This document shows, piece by piece, positions 1-8,884 of a stretch of 31,007 nt of DNA (position 1 is its first letter; each line of letters opens with the position of its first letter). The DNA comes from a virus (taxonomy: Duplodnaviria > Caudoviricetes). The DNA is taken from the IMG/VR virus record IMGVR_UViG_3300049924_000472, positions 1 to 31,007 of that record; one strand, given 5' to 3'. A program made the translations under genes and the position numbers. The notes beneath the pieces were generated by a model. It was not told the DNA's origin, did no database searches, and worked only from the letters and a program-made list of their open reading frames with translations.

Positions 1-1291
1 CCGGAGTGGTCCCCGGCGCCGCCCCCATCCCGCCGCCGGCGGTTCTTCCACCCATGAGCATCTTGGTGCTCTCCGCGCGGGCCTTGGGGATGGCGTCCTG
101 GGCCGTTTTCATCTTCCACCACGCCTGCACCTTGGCGAGGGCCTTGGCCTTCTTCTCGCCGCTCCCCTCGTTCTGGAAGTTGGCGAGGTCGAACTCCTCT
201 TGCGTGGGCGGGGCGAGGCCCAACTCCACGCGATCGCTCTTGCTCTCGGGCTTCCGCACGTTGAGGGCCTTGTACGCCTCCTGCGCCTGCTTGAAATCGT
301 CCTCGGCGTACTGCACCAGCCCCTTGGCGCGTTCCTCCAGGAACCGATCCTCCATCGGCTTGGGTTCCTTGGCCATCCACTCGGGGAGCACGCCGTCCTT
401 GACGAAGTCGTTGCGGGCCGACGCCTGCGCGAGCCGTCCCGCCTTCTGAAAGGCCGGGTCGGTGGGCGCGTTCTCGTCAAACCACGCGGCCCGGGCCGTC
501 ATCTCCTCCTGGCTCGTCGCCTGCTTGGCCCGCGATGTTCCCAACGAGGAGAGGTCGTTGGGGGTGAGGAAGGCCGCGGCGGCGGGGGGCACGCCCAGCG
601 CCACCCCGGCCGCCGCAAGCTGGTCCTTTAGGTCCGTGCGGCGCTTGGACTCGGCCTGCGCGAGGATGAGCTCGCTCGCCGCCTGCGTGTCCCCCATGTC
701 GCGGTAGAGGGAATACGCCGCGCGTTCCTCGGGCTTGGCCAAGAGGTCGGAGGAGTCCCCGACGATCCCCTCGACGTTGCTAAACCACCGCTGCGCCTTG
801 GCCCGCGCCTCGCGGGTCTGCCCCTGCACGGCGAGCCACTTGAGCGCCTCGTCGTCCCCCTTGGCCTCGGCAAAGTCGATCATTTTCGCCCAGCGGTCGT
901 CGGCGGGGTCCAGGCTGGGCGTTGCGAGCATGGCGCCAGCCCCCGGAACAAACTCCTGGGCGAGGGTGGAAGCGCCCGCCCCGGCCCTTTGGCCCATGCT
1001 GGGGCGTGCGGCCCGGGTGGAGGCGAGGCTGTCGCGTGCGTACTGGGCAAAGACCGACGCCCGGTTCTTCTTCTGCTCCTGCTCGATCGCGTCCCGCTGC
1101 TGGGCCATCGTCAGGTAGGAATCCGCCCGAGCGTTGTCGGCGAGCGCGTTGGACTGGTTGAACTCGTCGCGGCGTCGCTGGTCCTGCATCTCCGCCGCGC
1201 GGGCCGCAAGCTGGGCCATCATCCCGAACTGCTGGGTGCCCAGGTTCGCCCCGCCCAAATACGCCTGTGCTGGTTCCATGAAGCGGCTCAT
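1..1291 (-). CDS. Internal virion/DNA ejection-type protein, 3' end outside the window
   Basis: Not in the ORF track because it runs off the edge. Manual translation from ATG 1291 (ATGA overlap with stop at 1288): MSRFMEPAQAYLGGANLGTQQFGMMAQLAARAAEMQDQRRRDEFNQ..., open to base 1, Ala/Gln/Glu-rich and helical, downstream of a pilot-like gene. Confidence 0.7.
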   Translation of the reverse strand, partial: MSRFMEPAQAYLGGANLGTQQFGMMAQLAARAAEMQDQRRRDEFNQSNALADNARADSYLTMAQQRDAIEQEQKKNRASVFAQYARDSLASTRAARPSMGQRAGAGASTLAQEFVPGAGAMLATPSLDPADDRWAKMIDFAEAKGDDEALKWLAVQGQTREARAKAQRWFSNVEGIVGDSSDLLAKPEERAAYSLYRDMGDTQAASELILAQAESKRRTDLKDQLAAAGVALGVPPAAAAFLTPNDLSSLGTSRAKQATSQEEMTARAAWFDENAPTDPAFQKAGRLAQASARNDFVKDGVLPEWMAKEPKPMEDRFLEERAKGLVQYAEDDFKQAQEAYKALNVRKPESKSDRVELGLAPPTQEEFDLANFQNEGSGEKKAKALAKVQAWWKMKTAQDAIPKARAESTKMLMGGRTAGGGMGAAPGTTP

Positions 1292-1539
1292 GACTCGATA
1301 GCTCCTCGTTTACCCAGCAAGCCCTGCGCGATGTCCATCTTCGCAAACTCGGCCATGCCGATCGCGCCGATCGGTCCCGCGTGCTTCCAACGCACCTGCG
1401 TGCCGTACTCGTCTCGATTGGCGTCGCCGCGAATGGGCATCTCCAGAACGATCAGGAGGGCTGTCGTGCGACTTCCAATTTCCTCGATCAGCTCGTCCAG
1501 AGTGGACGTGGCCAACGGATTGATTCCTTTGTTTTCCAC
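1288..1539 (-). CDS. Small hypothetical protein (83 aa)
   Basis: GTG at 1539 after GAGG and the upstream TAA; VENKGINPLATSTLDELIEEIGSR...; stop overlaps the next ATG. Confidence 0.7.
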   Translation of the reverse strand: MENKGINPLATSTLDELIEEIGSRTTALLIVLEMPIRGDANRDEYGTQVRWKHAGPIGAIGMAEFAKMDIAQGLLGKRGAIES

Positions 1540-1540
1540 C

Positions 1541-2074
1541 TTACACCTCAATCCACACGTCCACCTCGATGTCGGCGGTGGTGCTGTCGTTGGTGAGCCA
1601 CACGCTCTCGAACTGCCCCGTCGCCGCCGTTCCCGAGTTGTTGAGAATCTTGGGGCTCCCGTCGGTGTTGATCCCGGTGGCGATGGCGTTGTCCGAGTTG
1701 ATGAGCTGGTTGTTGACGGTGATGATCTCGGGGGCGTCGCACGAGAGCACCTTGTACCCCGGGCGGCGGTTGCTCCCCGCCTCGGGCACGCCGGCGACGA
1801 AGCGGTCGGCCACCCAGCCGATGTACGCGACGCCGCTCCCGCCGACGATCTGGAAGAGCATCTTGCTGAACGTGGCCTCCTGGGTGTAGTCCCACACCTT
1901 GACGGGCACGCCCACTTGGGGCGAGCCGGCCTTCTTGGGGAGCTTGACCCGCCACGCCCGCCGCCGGCCCGTCGTCGTGACTTCCTTGACGGGCGACGAG
2001 AACCCGAACGCGGATTTCGCCACGCCCGCGATCGTGTGGACCGCATCCCAATAGAACTTCCACGTGCCTGCCAT
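1541..2074 (-). CDS. Hypothetical beta-rich virion-module protein (177 aa)
   Basis: GAGGAGGT SD before ATG; fills the gap between neighbouring genes; phage-like codon use. Confidence 0.75.
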   Translation of the reverse strand: MAGTWKFYWDAVHTIAGVAKSAFGFSSPVKEVTTTGRRRAWRVKLPKKAGSPQVGVPVKVWDYTQEATFSKMLFQIVGGSGVAYIGWVADRFVAGVPEAGSNRRPGYKVLSCDAPEIITVNNQLINSDNAIATGINTDGSPKILNNSGTAATGQFESVWLTNDSTTADIEVDVWIEV

Positions 2075-2089
2075 GATCGACCTCCTCTA

Positions 2090-3217
2090 CTACCGACCAA
2101 ACATCCGTGCAAACGAAGGGTCCTGGGCCATCAGTCCCAGCATGCCGTAGTTCCCCGCCTGCCCGCCCATCGTGCTCAGAAGGTTCCCGAAGCTGCTCAT
2201 GCCCGCCCCGCTGGGGGAGACGCCCGACATGAACCGCGTGTCCTTCCCGTTCCAGAAGTTGGCGATGCCGCCGGTAAAGAGCTGGCTCTTCATGTCGATG
2301 GGGGCCTGGTCGAGCATCAGCGAGCGATTGAGGTTGTCCGTCACCATCGGCACCCGCCCCGCCGAGCGCTGGGCCAGCGTATTGAGCGTCTGCCCCTGGA
2401 GTCCGGTCTGGAGGGCGATCTGCTTGTCCCCGATGCTGCTCAGGGCGTTGTTCTTCGCCTCGGTGATGGCCTTGGTGTTGGATCCGATCGCCCCCGTCAG
2501 GAGCGTGCCGCTCCCCATCCCCCGCCCGATCAACTTGGCCTCGGCCATGCGGTTGGCCGAAGTGAGTGCCTTGTCGGCCTCGTTCACGACCCGCTTGCGT
2601 TCGCCCTCCCCATACCCCCGCGCGCTCTGCTCGATGGAGCGCGCACCGCGCAGGAGCTGCCCCGTCGTGGCGTCGTACTGGTCCAGGTTGTTGTTCCCCA
2701 TCCCCTGGTACTTCCGTGCCAGTTCCTGCATCTGGTCCATCACGCCCGGACCCGCCCCGCGGAAGTCCTCGAGGTTGAAAAGGCCTTGCGTGCCCGGATC
2801 GCCGCCCGTGACGGCGAGGAGGGCATCCCGCTCTCGGATGAGACCGTCCAGTTTGGGGTTGGCCCGCCCGCGGTTGTTCCGCGTCACGCCCCCCTGCTCG
2901 GCGGCGATCTGGCGCTCCAGGTCCGCGAGCTGGGCCTGCTGGTCGGCGGTAAAGCCCGCCGCCCGCGCGGGCCTCCCGAACGCCTGTTCGCCATAGCCGT
3001 TGGAACGCAGATACCGCTCGGCCTCCTGCGAGCCCAGCATGTTGAGGAGGGTCTGCCCATACCCACGCACGCCCTCCCGCTGCGTGAAGTCGCGGTTCTC
3101 ACGCTGGGCCGCCAGCTCGGCCTGGGCCTGGCTCCTGGCCCCGGACGATCCCAGCAACCCGCCGATCAGCGAACTTCCAAGCCCGATCCCCAACAATGGT
3201 GCTGCAAACGCGCTCAT
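2090..3217 (-). CDS. DNA pilot/ejection protein (P22 gp7/gp20-like by composition and position)
   Basis: AAGGAG SD; N-terminal Gly/Leu/Ser-rich segment (LLGIGLGSSLIGGLLGSSGA), Gln/Ala helical middle, Gly-rich C-terminus; follows the nozzle genes. Confidence 0.65.
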   Translation of the reverse strand: MSAFAAPLLGIGLGSSLIGGLLGSSGARSQAQAELAAQRENRDFTQREGVRGYGQTLLNMLGSQEAERYLRSNGYGEQAFGRPARAAGFTADQQAQLADLERQIAAEQGGVTRNNRGRANPKLDGLIRERDALLAVTGGDPGTQGLFNLEDFRGAGPGVMDQMQELARKYQGMGNNNLDQYDATTGQLLRGARSIEQSARGYGEGERKRVVNEADKALTSANRMAEAKLIGRGMGSGTLLTGAIGSNTKAITEAKNNALSSIGDKQIALQTGLQGQTLNTLAQRSAGRVPMVTDNLNRSLMLDQAPIDMKSQLFTGGIANFWNGKDTRFMSGVSPSGAGMSSFGNLLSTMGGQAGNYGMLGLMAQDPSFARMFGR

Positions 3218-3226
3218 ACTCGCTCC

Positions 3227-3676
3227 TTACGTCCAAGAGAATCCACCATCGGGAACGGCCATGGCACACACCACGCCCGCACGCGGGTACAGCGTCGCCG
3301 CCCCCGCGATCGTGACATCCAGAATGACCTTCCCCGCCGAATCGGTCAGGAGCATCAGCGATTGGTTCGCCACCAGCGCCCCGGCGCTCGCGCCTGCCAC
3401 CGTCGCCACGGTCTGCCCACCGCCGGGCCCGCCGGCCTCGCTCGTGCCGATGACGACGGACACCAAGAACAGACCCCGGCAGGGCTTGCCCTTGCGGTTG
3501 GCCACCTGGAGCGTGAACCGCCGCGTGTTCGCCGCGGTGGTCCCTTCCGCGTCCGCCGTGATGAGGACGCTCAGCTGCGGGGCCTTGGTGAACGCCGACG
3601 CCTCCCGCGCGAGCTGCACCAGCCCGCCGTTGGCGGAGTCGTCGATCACCGGGGGAATGACGGTGGCGAGGCTCAT
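3227..3676 (-). CDS. Hypothetical tail-associated protein (149 aa)
   Basis: ATG 3676 in ATGA overlap with the upstream stop; MSLATVIPPVIDDSANGG...; the 5' extension in the ORF track is a shadow of the upstream gene. Confidence 0.7.
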   Translation of the reverse strand: MSLATVIPPVIDDSANGGLVQLAREASAFTKAPQLSVLITADAEGTTAANTRRFTLQVANRKGKPCRGLFLVSVVIGTSEAGGPGGGQTVATVAGASAGALVANQSLMLLTDSAGKVILDVTIAGAATLYPRAGVVCAMAVPDGGFSWT

Positions 3677-5961
3677 TCGGTGGCGACTCCGGAAAAGACC
3701 TTGCTCTCGGCGTCGCCGGCGGTAAAGACGCCCCCGCCGGGGGGTGGGGGTGAGGTCGAGGTGACGGTGACGACGATGGTCCCATTCCCCGATCGCCCTT
3801 GGGCGTCGGTGATGGTGAAGGGCAGGGCGTACGTCCCGTTCGCGGCCGTCACGGTGCCGCGCCAGGTAAAGATGAGGTCGCCCGCGACAGCATCGCCGCC
3901 GGTGGCTCCATCGTCGTACATGGTCTGCGTCGCCGAGCCCCCCACGCTGCTGAGGTTGAGGACAACGGCCAGGCCCGTGCTGTCGGGGTTGGCCCCGCGC
4001 CGCACGTACACCCGGAACGTGGACGTGTATCCCGACGCGCCGATGTTCGGCACCGCCGTTCCGGTCCCCGACGGGTTGGTGGGGGAGGGTGTGACCGGCG
4101 TCACGGGCAGCTCGGGCGCGCACGTCTGTCCGGCCGCGGCGAGCGTGCTCCACCCTTCGCGGCTCATCCGCTGGTCAAACTCGATCTCCGCCACGCACGT
4201 TTCGAAGGCGAAGTAGTCGCCGGCGATCTTCACCGCGATCGCGGGGGCACGCACCTCGTACCCCATGGGAGCGCCGTGGACGGCGTAGGTAAAGGCCGGA
4301 TGCAGGGCGCGACGCCGAACACCCGAGTAGGCCGCCTGCGCCGTCGCTCCGCCGTAGGCCGTGACTTGGACGGCGTTGCTGTCCTCGCTCAGCTCCAGCG
4401 CCAGCATGCGAACGATCGCGTCCTCCATCGGCGTGGGGCCATTGACGAGCGTCAGGTGGAAGAACGCATCGATCGCCGCCTCGTCGGGCGTGCCGTCCAG
4501 GTCCACGCCCCGGGCGGATTCGTCGAACTCCACCCAGCGCCCTTCCTTGGTGCCGATGACGGGCCGGCCCCGCCACACCTTGGCGCAGGTGGGGCGTACG
4601 GGGAGGGTCTGGGGGAAGAATCCGCCCATCGACCCGTCGTATCCGCCCACGGTCTCGTCGTACCAGAAGTGCGTGGACGCCGTCGCCAGTTCGGCGAGCT
4701 GCGTCAGGAAGATGTGGACGCCGCGGCGGGCGGGGTCGCGGATCACGACGACGCGGTAAAGGTCGCGGTCGGCGCGGCCGAACTGGATTCCCTCGGTCAG
4801 GACCGACGCATTGAGGCTGACGGGCGAACCGCCCAGGGGGAGCTTGTAGAAGCCCTCGGGCGCATGCAGCACGCACACGCCGTCCTCGGCGTTGTCGATC
4901 GCGTGCGGACCCGAGCACCCGACGTTGATGGAGACGGGTGGGATGTCGCTGGCCAGATCGCCCGGATCGCCCAGGAGCACGAAGAGGCTGTTGAGGCACC
5001 CGATGAGCATCGCGTTATTCGACATGACGGTGAGGGCCAAAATGGGTTCGGTGACGGTGACGTTGCGGGCGACGCCCAAATACTCCGCCCGCAAATCGGC
5101 CTGCTCGGTGAGGTCCCATGTGAGTCCTTCGCCGGCGGCCGAGAAGGCGATCGCGGTGGGCAAGTCCTCCATCCCCGCCATGACCAGACGGCCGCGGAAC
5201 TGCTCGACGATTTGGGCCTTGGTGGTCCCGGTGTCGGTGGCTCCCGGGAGAGCGCCCGACGTCGGGAGGAAGTCCTCAACGGTCCGCGCCGCCACGTTGA
5301 TCCGCTTGGCCCGCCCGCCCCCCACGGCCACCACCACGCCGTCGGCGTCCACCGCCATCGAGATACGCGATCCCGACGCGAGCGCCCGGGCCGCGAGCAG
5401 GTCCACCCGCCCCTCGTCGTAGGCCGCCCACACGTCCCCGTCCGACGCCCACACGAGCACCTCGGTCGCCGTCGCCTGCACGGCCGTGCGTTCGTACACG
5501 CGGATGGACGTGACCAGGGCATTGGCCACGCTGGAGACAACCCCGAAGCGGCGGTGCCCCAGGTAGGTGTCGCTGGTGTGCGTCACCGTCACCATCGCCC
5601 CGGAGCTCTTCACGATCATGCAATCGATCTTGGTGCCCGTGCCCTCGACGCGGATGGTGGCCGATTCGTTGGCGGCGAGTCCGTGCGCCGCCGTCGCCAG
5701 TGCCGCCGAGAGCTCGCCGTAGTCGTTGCGGCGGATGATGACGTTGGCCCCCTCGATGCCGCACTCGAACAGGGTGCGGCCGTCCCCGCTGGATCGCACC
5801 GCGCCCTTGACGTTGTGGGCGGGGTCGCTGATCTCGACGTCGATGCGGTACGTCGCCGGCAGGCTGCCGTTGGGCATGGACGCGGTGGCATCGAAGAAAT
5901 CGCGCGTCGTCGTCGCGTCCTTCTGGAGTGCCCCCGAGGTTGTGTCCTGCGTCCATGCCAT
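3673..5961 (-). CDS. Tail nozzle/stabilisation protein (P22 gp10/T7 gp12-like propeller) with N-terminal beta-sandwich and C-terminal Ig-like domain
   Basis: Nozzle-type segments FRGRLVMAG..IAFS..W and VGCSGPHAI..V..APEGFYKL; C-terminal YDDG..GDAVAGD motif between PT-rich linkers; position after the adaptor. Confidence 0.6.
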   Translation of the reverse strand: MAWTQDTTSGALQKDATTTRDFFDATASMPNGSLPATYRIDVEISDPAHNVKGAVRSSGDGRTLFECGIEGANVIIRRNDYGELSAALATAAHGLAANESATIRVEGTGTKIDCMIVKSSGAMVTVTHTSDTYLGHRRFGVVSSVANALVTSIRVYERTAVQATATEVLVWASDGDVWAAYDEGRVDLLAARALASGSRISMAVDADGVVVAVGGGRAKRINVAARTVEDFLPTSGALPGATDTGTTKAQIVEQFRGRLVMAGMEDLPTAIAFSAAGEGLTWDLTEQADLRAEYLGVARNVTVTEPILALTVMSNNAMLIGCLNSLFVLLGDPGDLASDIPPVSINVGCSGPHAIDNAEDGVCVLHAPEGFYKLPLGGSPVSLNASVLTEGIQFGRADRDLYRVVVIRDPARRGVHIFLTQLAELATASTHFWYDETVGGYDGSMGGFFPQTLPVRPTCAKVWRGRPVIGTKEGRWVEFDESARGVDLDGTPDEAAIDAFFHLTLVNGPTPMEDAIVRMLALELSEDSNAVQVTAYGGATAQAAYSGVRRRALHPAFTYAVHGAPMGYEVRAPAIAVKIAGDYFAFETCVAEIEFDQRMSREGWSTLAAAGQTCAPELPVTPVTPSPTNPSGTGTAVPNIGASGYTSTFRVYVRRGANPDSTGLAVVLNLSSVGGSATQTMYDDGATGGDAVAGDLIFTWRGTVTAANGTYALPFTITDAQGRSGNGTIVVTVTSTSPPPPGGGVFTAGDAESKVFSGVATE

Positions 5962-5964
5962 GCG

Positions 5965-6309
5965 TTATCCATTGAGTGCGGTGGGCATTCCGGGCCGCTG
6001 GAACGCGCCAGAGCCGTGCTGGTCCTCCAGCTTCTCGGCGGCCTTTTCCACCCGCTCGACCATGCCCTTGAGCGAGATGGTGATGCTCGAAATCTCCTTC
6101 ATGATGTCGAGCACCGTGCGCGCGAGCGGCAGCGCGGCCCAGCGCAGGACGATGAAGGTGATGACGCCAAAGAGGAAGAGCGCGGCGAGCACGATCGATT
6201 CGGTGGCGATGTCGTGCGTGCCCTTGGCGATGTTGGGTAGATCGGTCGAGGCGAGAAGGCTGGCGTGGTGCATCGTCAAAGACTCCAGAAAGGCGGCTGC
6301 GCATTCCAT
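5965..6309 (-). CDS. Membrane protein with one TM helix and a coiled coil (holin- or i-spanin-like)
   Basis: IVLAALFLFGVITFIVLRWAAL hydrophobic span then heptad-like MVERVEKAAEKLE; TGATG overlap at 6309; alternative start ATG 6273 with GGAG SD. Confidence 0.6.
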   Translation of the reverse strand: MECAAAFLESLTMHHASLLASTDLPNIAKGTHDIATESIVLAALFLFGVITFIVLRWAALPLARTVLDIMKEISSITISLKGMVERVEKAAEKLEDQHGSGAFQRPGMPTALNG

Positions 6310-6617
6310 CAGTGGGCGACGGGTGGTGTGCCGGCCACGCCGGGAACCTTGTCGATCGCCTTGCCCACGGTGCCCAGGATCGCCTGGACGGTTCCGTTGT
6401 TGACCGCCGTCGGATCGCTGCTGATCCCTTCGGCCTCAAAGTCGAGGGCGGGCTGGCCGTTGGCGTGCCACTTGCGAACGTGCATCTTGTCGATGCTGAC
6501 GTTCTTCTCGCCCAGATAGCGGAACCCGTCGGGCGTCTCGATCGAGGTGCGGGCGCAGCCGATGAGGCAGAGCAGCGTGAGCGATCCAAAGAGGCAACGG
6601 TTCATGGTCTTGTTCAT
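6309..6617 (-). CDS. Lipoprotein (102 aa)
   Basis: Basic N-terminus, hydrophobic core and lipobox LIG-C (MNKTMNRCLFGSLTLLCLIGC); AAAGGA SD. Confidence 0.75.
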   Translation of the reverse strand: MNKTMNRCLFGSLTLLCLIGCARTSIETPDGFRYLGEKNVSIDKMHVRKWHANGQPALDFEAEGISSDPTAVNNGTVQAILGTVGKAIDKVPGVAGTPPVAH

Positions 6618-6632
6618 GGGCGTCCTTTCTAT

Positions 6633-8813
6633 CTACTGGTCGTACCGATACGGGGCGAGGGCGACGATCGCCCGTCCCCGGGAGTCACACGACACGTCGT
6701 ACGCGCCGGGGATGATGCCCCCCTGCTGCGTGATGGCGACGGCGACCGCCGGCGAAGTCCCGCCGGTCAATCCCGCCCCGCTGGCGGTCATCACGAGCAC
6801 GTTGGTGAGGGCGAGCGTCCCGGTAAACTCGACGATCCAGGGCGTCCCCGGTCCGGGCCCACCGGTCACGGCGACGTCCCCCACGCCGATGTTGGAGAGG
6901 GCCTCCAGCGCCGCCTGCACGGCCGCCGCGTTGGCGTTGTACGCGATCCCCGCCGTCGTCTGCCCGCTGTAGGTCAGCGTGAACGTCCCCCCGGTGGGCG
7001 TCCCCGTGATCGTGACGCTGTGCTTCTCGTTCCAGGGGCCGATGTGCGTGTTCTGCGTGACGGCGTCCCCCATGTCGAAGGAATGCACCACATCCCCATT
7101 CTCGCCATTGAGCTCCCACAACTCGCGCTTCGCGCCCGCCGCTCCCTCCCACTGGTTGGTGCGATTGGCCCCGACGACGAGGTTCCCCGTCGCGGGGTTG
7201 ATGGCGATGCCGTTCTGGAGCACGAGCCCCGCCAAGTCCTTGGTCCACAAAATCGCCCCATTGGTGGTGCGAACGCAGTAGACGTTGGGAAGGGCCTGCG
7301 TGGGGCTGGGCCGCCGGCCCGCGAAGTAGACCCGCTCGCGTGCGGCATCGAGCGCCACGGCCATGAGGCTGGGCGGATCGGCCTCGGGGTCGTGCTTGAA
7401 GAAATCCCCGCCCGAGTTGGGGATGTCATTGAGGTACGTCGTGGCGTGCCACGAGAAGGCCCGGCGCAGGCTTCCCGTGTCGATCTCCCACCCGCCTTGC
7501 AAGGGGTCAAACCCATACCGCACCGCCGACGTCGGCGCCATGTAGGTCGGGGCGTCGGCCTCAAAGGCTCGCGTCAGGTTCGCGCAGCACGCCGATACAT
7601 AGGCGACGGTGCCGTCGGGCCGTCGGCCCACGCCGCCGTCGTAGCCGAAGCCTTGATTCGTTCGCGCGATGTACACGAACACCTCGTTGGTGTCGGTGAC
7701 TTCCACCTGCATGCCCCACACCAGGCACCCGCGCGGGCGCTGGAGCGAATACTCGGAGATGCGGAAGGTGCCGTGATCTTCGTACGCCGCGTCCCCGTTC
7801 TGCGTCCCCTGCGTGAGGCGCTTCAACGTGAGGCCCGTCGATCCCGCCGCGATGGGCGTTTTCGCGGTGCTGTCCAGGTACTGCACGGTGAACGCCGTCA
7901 CGCCCGCCCGGGCGAACCAGCCGTAGAAGGTGCTCCGCGAAGGCCCGCCGTCGGCGGTGACAGGCCCCGAAACATCCTTGCATCCCTCAAAGAGCACCAT
8001 GAGGTAGTCGGTGCCGCCCAGCGTGAGGGGGACGATCGATTGCACTTCCTCGCAGACCCGGCCCGCGGCGTCGGCCACCAGATGGCGGCCCAGGCGCTCG
8101 AGCGTGTCGGCCCGGAAGATGTAGACGAAGTTGCGGACGGCGAGGTAGAGGTACGTCCCGTTGCACGCGAGCTGGTTGGAGAAAAGGTCGCCCTGCCCCG
8201 TCGCCGACATGGTTGGGTAGGTTCCTGCGGCGTGGTTCGCGTCGGTGTCCAGGGCGTAGGTCTGGTGCGTGAACGCCCCCGTCGCCTTGTTGACGCGGCT
8301 GATGCCGACGACGATGACGTCCTGGTTGCTGGCGGTGGTGTCGCGGGCGATCGTCGCTCCAAAGCACACGTCGTCGTCGGTGGGGTGCTGGGCGGTCTGG
8401 AAGCCGCCGTAGCCACCCGCGCCCGACGGCGGCGTGGCGAACCCCGTCCCCCGGGAGTCGTTCAGGAAGGCATCGACGGTCCAGTCCTCGGCCAGGAGCA
8501 TGAACTGCCCACGAATCTTGTCGGCGGTGACGCTCCTCCCGGTCGTGACGCGGGTCGCGTCTCCAACCGTGTACCCGCTGATCCCGCTCGCGCGGGAAAC
8601 CACCACGGCATCCTCGATGGCCCCAAAGGTTCGGCCAAAGACATCGCCAAGGCCCGGGCGTGACGCCACCTGCATCCGCCCGGATTCACCGCGGCGGGGG
8701 AGGACGTTGCGCATCGACTCCAGGGGACCGGCGTCCCCCGGGGTGTCGATGTACGGCGAGGCGTTGGTCGCGCCGCGCTTGGGAGGCGTGAGTCTGGGCG
8801 GCCTTCTGGGCAC
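6633..8813 (-). CDS. Tail-associated beta-propeller protein with an inserted surface-protein domain (726 aa)
   Basis: GGAG SD plus GTG; propeller-type blades (TNGAILWTKDL, IAINPATGNLVVG, LWELNGENGDVVHSF); insert TPTGGTFTLTYSGQTTAGIAYNANAAAVQAALEAL. Confidence 0.65.
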   Translation of the reverse strand: MPRRPPRLTPPKRGATNASPYIDTPGDAGPLESMRNVLPRRGESGRMQVASRPGLGDVFGRTFGAIEDAVVVSRASGISGYTVGDATRVTTGRSVTADKIRGQFMLLAEDWTVDAFLNDSRGTGFATPPSGAGGYGGFQTAQHPTDDDVCFGATIARDTTASNQDVIVVGISRVNKATGAFTHQTYALDTDANHAAGTYPTMSATGQGDLFSNQLACNGTYLYLAVRNFVYIFRADTLERLGRHLVADAAGRVCEEVQSIVPLTLGGTDYLMVLFEGCKDVSGPVTADGGPSRSTFYGWFARAGVTAFTVQYLDSTAKTPIAAGSTGLTLKRLTQGTQNGDAAYEDHGTFRISEYSLQRPRGCLVWGMQVEVTDTNEVFVYIARTNQGFGYDGGVGRRPDGTVAYVSACCANLTRAFEADAPTYMAPTSAVRYGFDPLQGGWEIDTGSLRRAFSWHATTYLNDIPNSGGDFFKHDPEADPPSLMAVALDAARERVYFAGRRPSPTQALPNVYCVRTTNGAILWTKDLAGLVLQNGIAINPATGNLVVGANRTNQWEGAAGAKRELWELNGENGDVVHSFDMGDAVTQNTHIGPWNEKHSVTITGTPTGGTFTLTYSGQTTAGIAYNANAAAVQAALEALSNIGVGDVAVTGGPGPGTPWIVEFTGTLALTNVLVMTASGAGLTGGTSPAVAVAITQQGGIIPGAYDVSCDSRGRAIVALAPYRYDQ

Positions 8814-8845
8814 AGGCTACTCCAACGGGAATGGGACGATCACGG

Positions 8846-8884
8846 TCGGGCCAACTGGTCGGTCCAACTGGTTAGGCCAACTGG
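8846..8884. repeat. Three imperfect tandem 13-bp copies spanning the stop codon of 8872..9600
   Basis: tcgggccaactgg / tcggtccaactgg / ttaggccaactgg, contiguous. Confidence 0.9.

Noticed and set aside
989-8663. Very long plus-strand ORFs (989..4216, 3799..6240, 6312..8663; likewise 12965..15436, 15924..17501 and most of 17901..20489)
   Set aside because: Antisense shadows of GC-rich minus-strand genes: Arg/Gly/Val/His-rich, no motifs, fully overlapping well-supported CDSs. Only 20109..20489 is kept.
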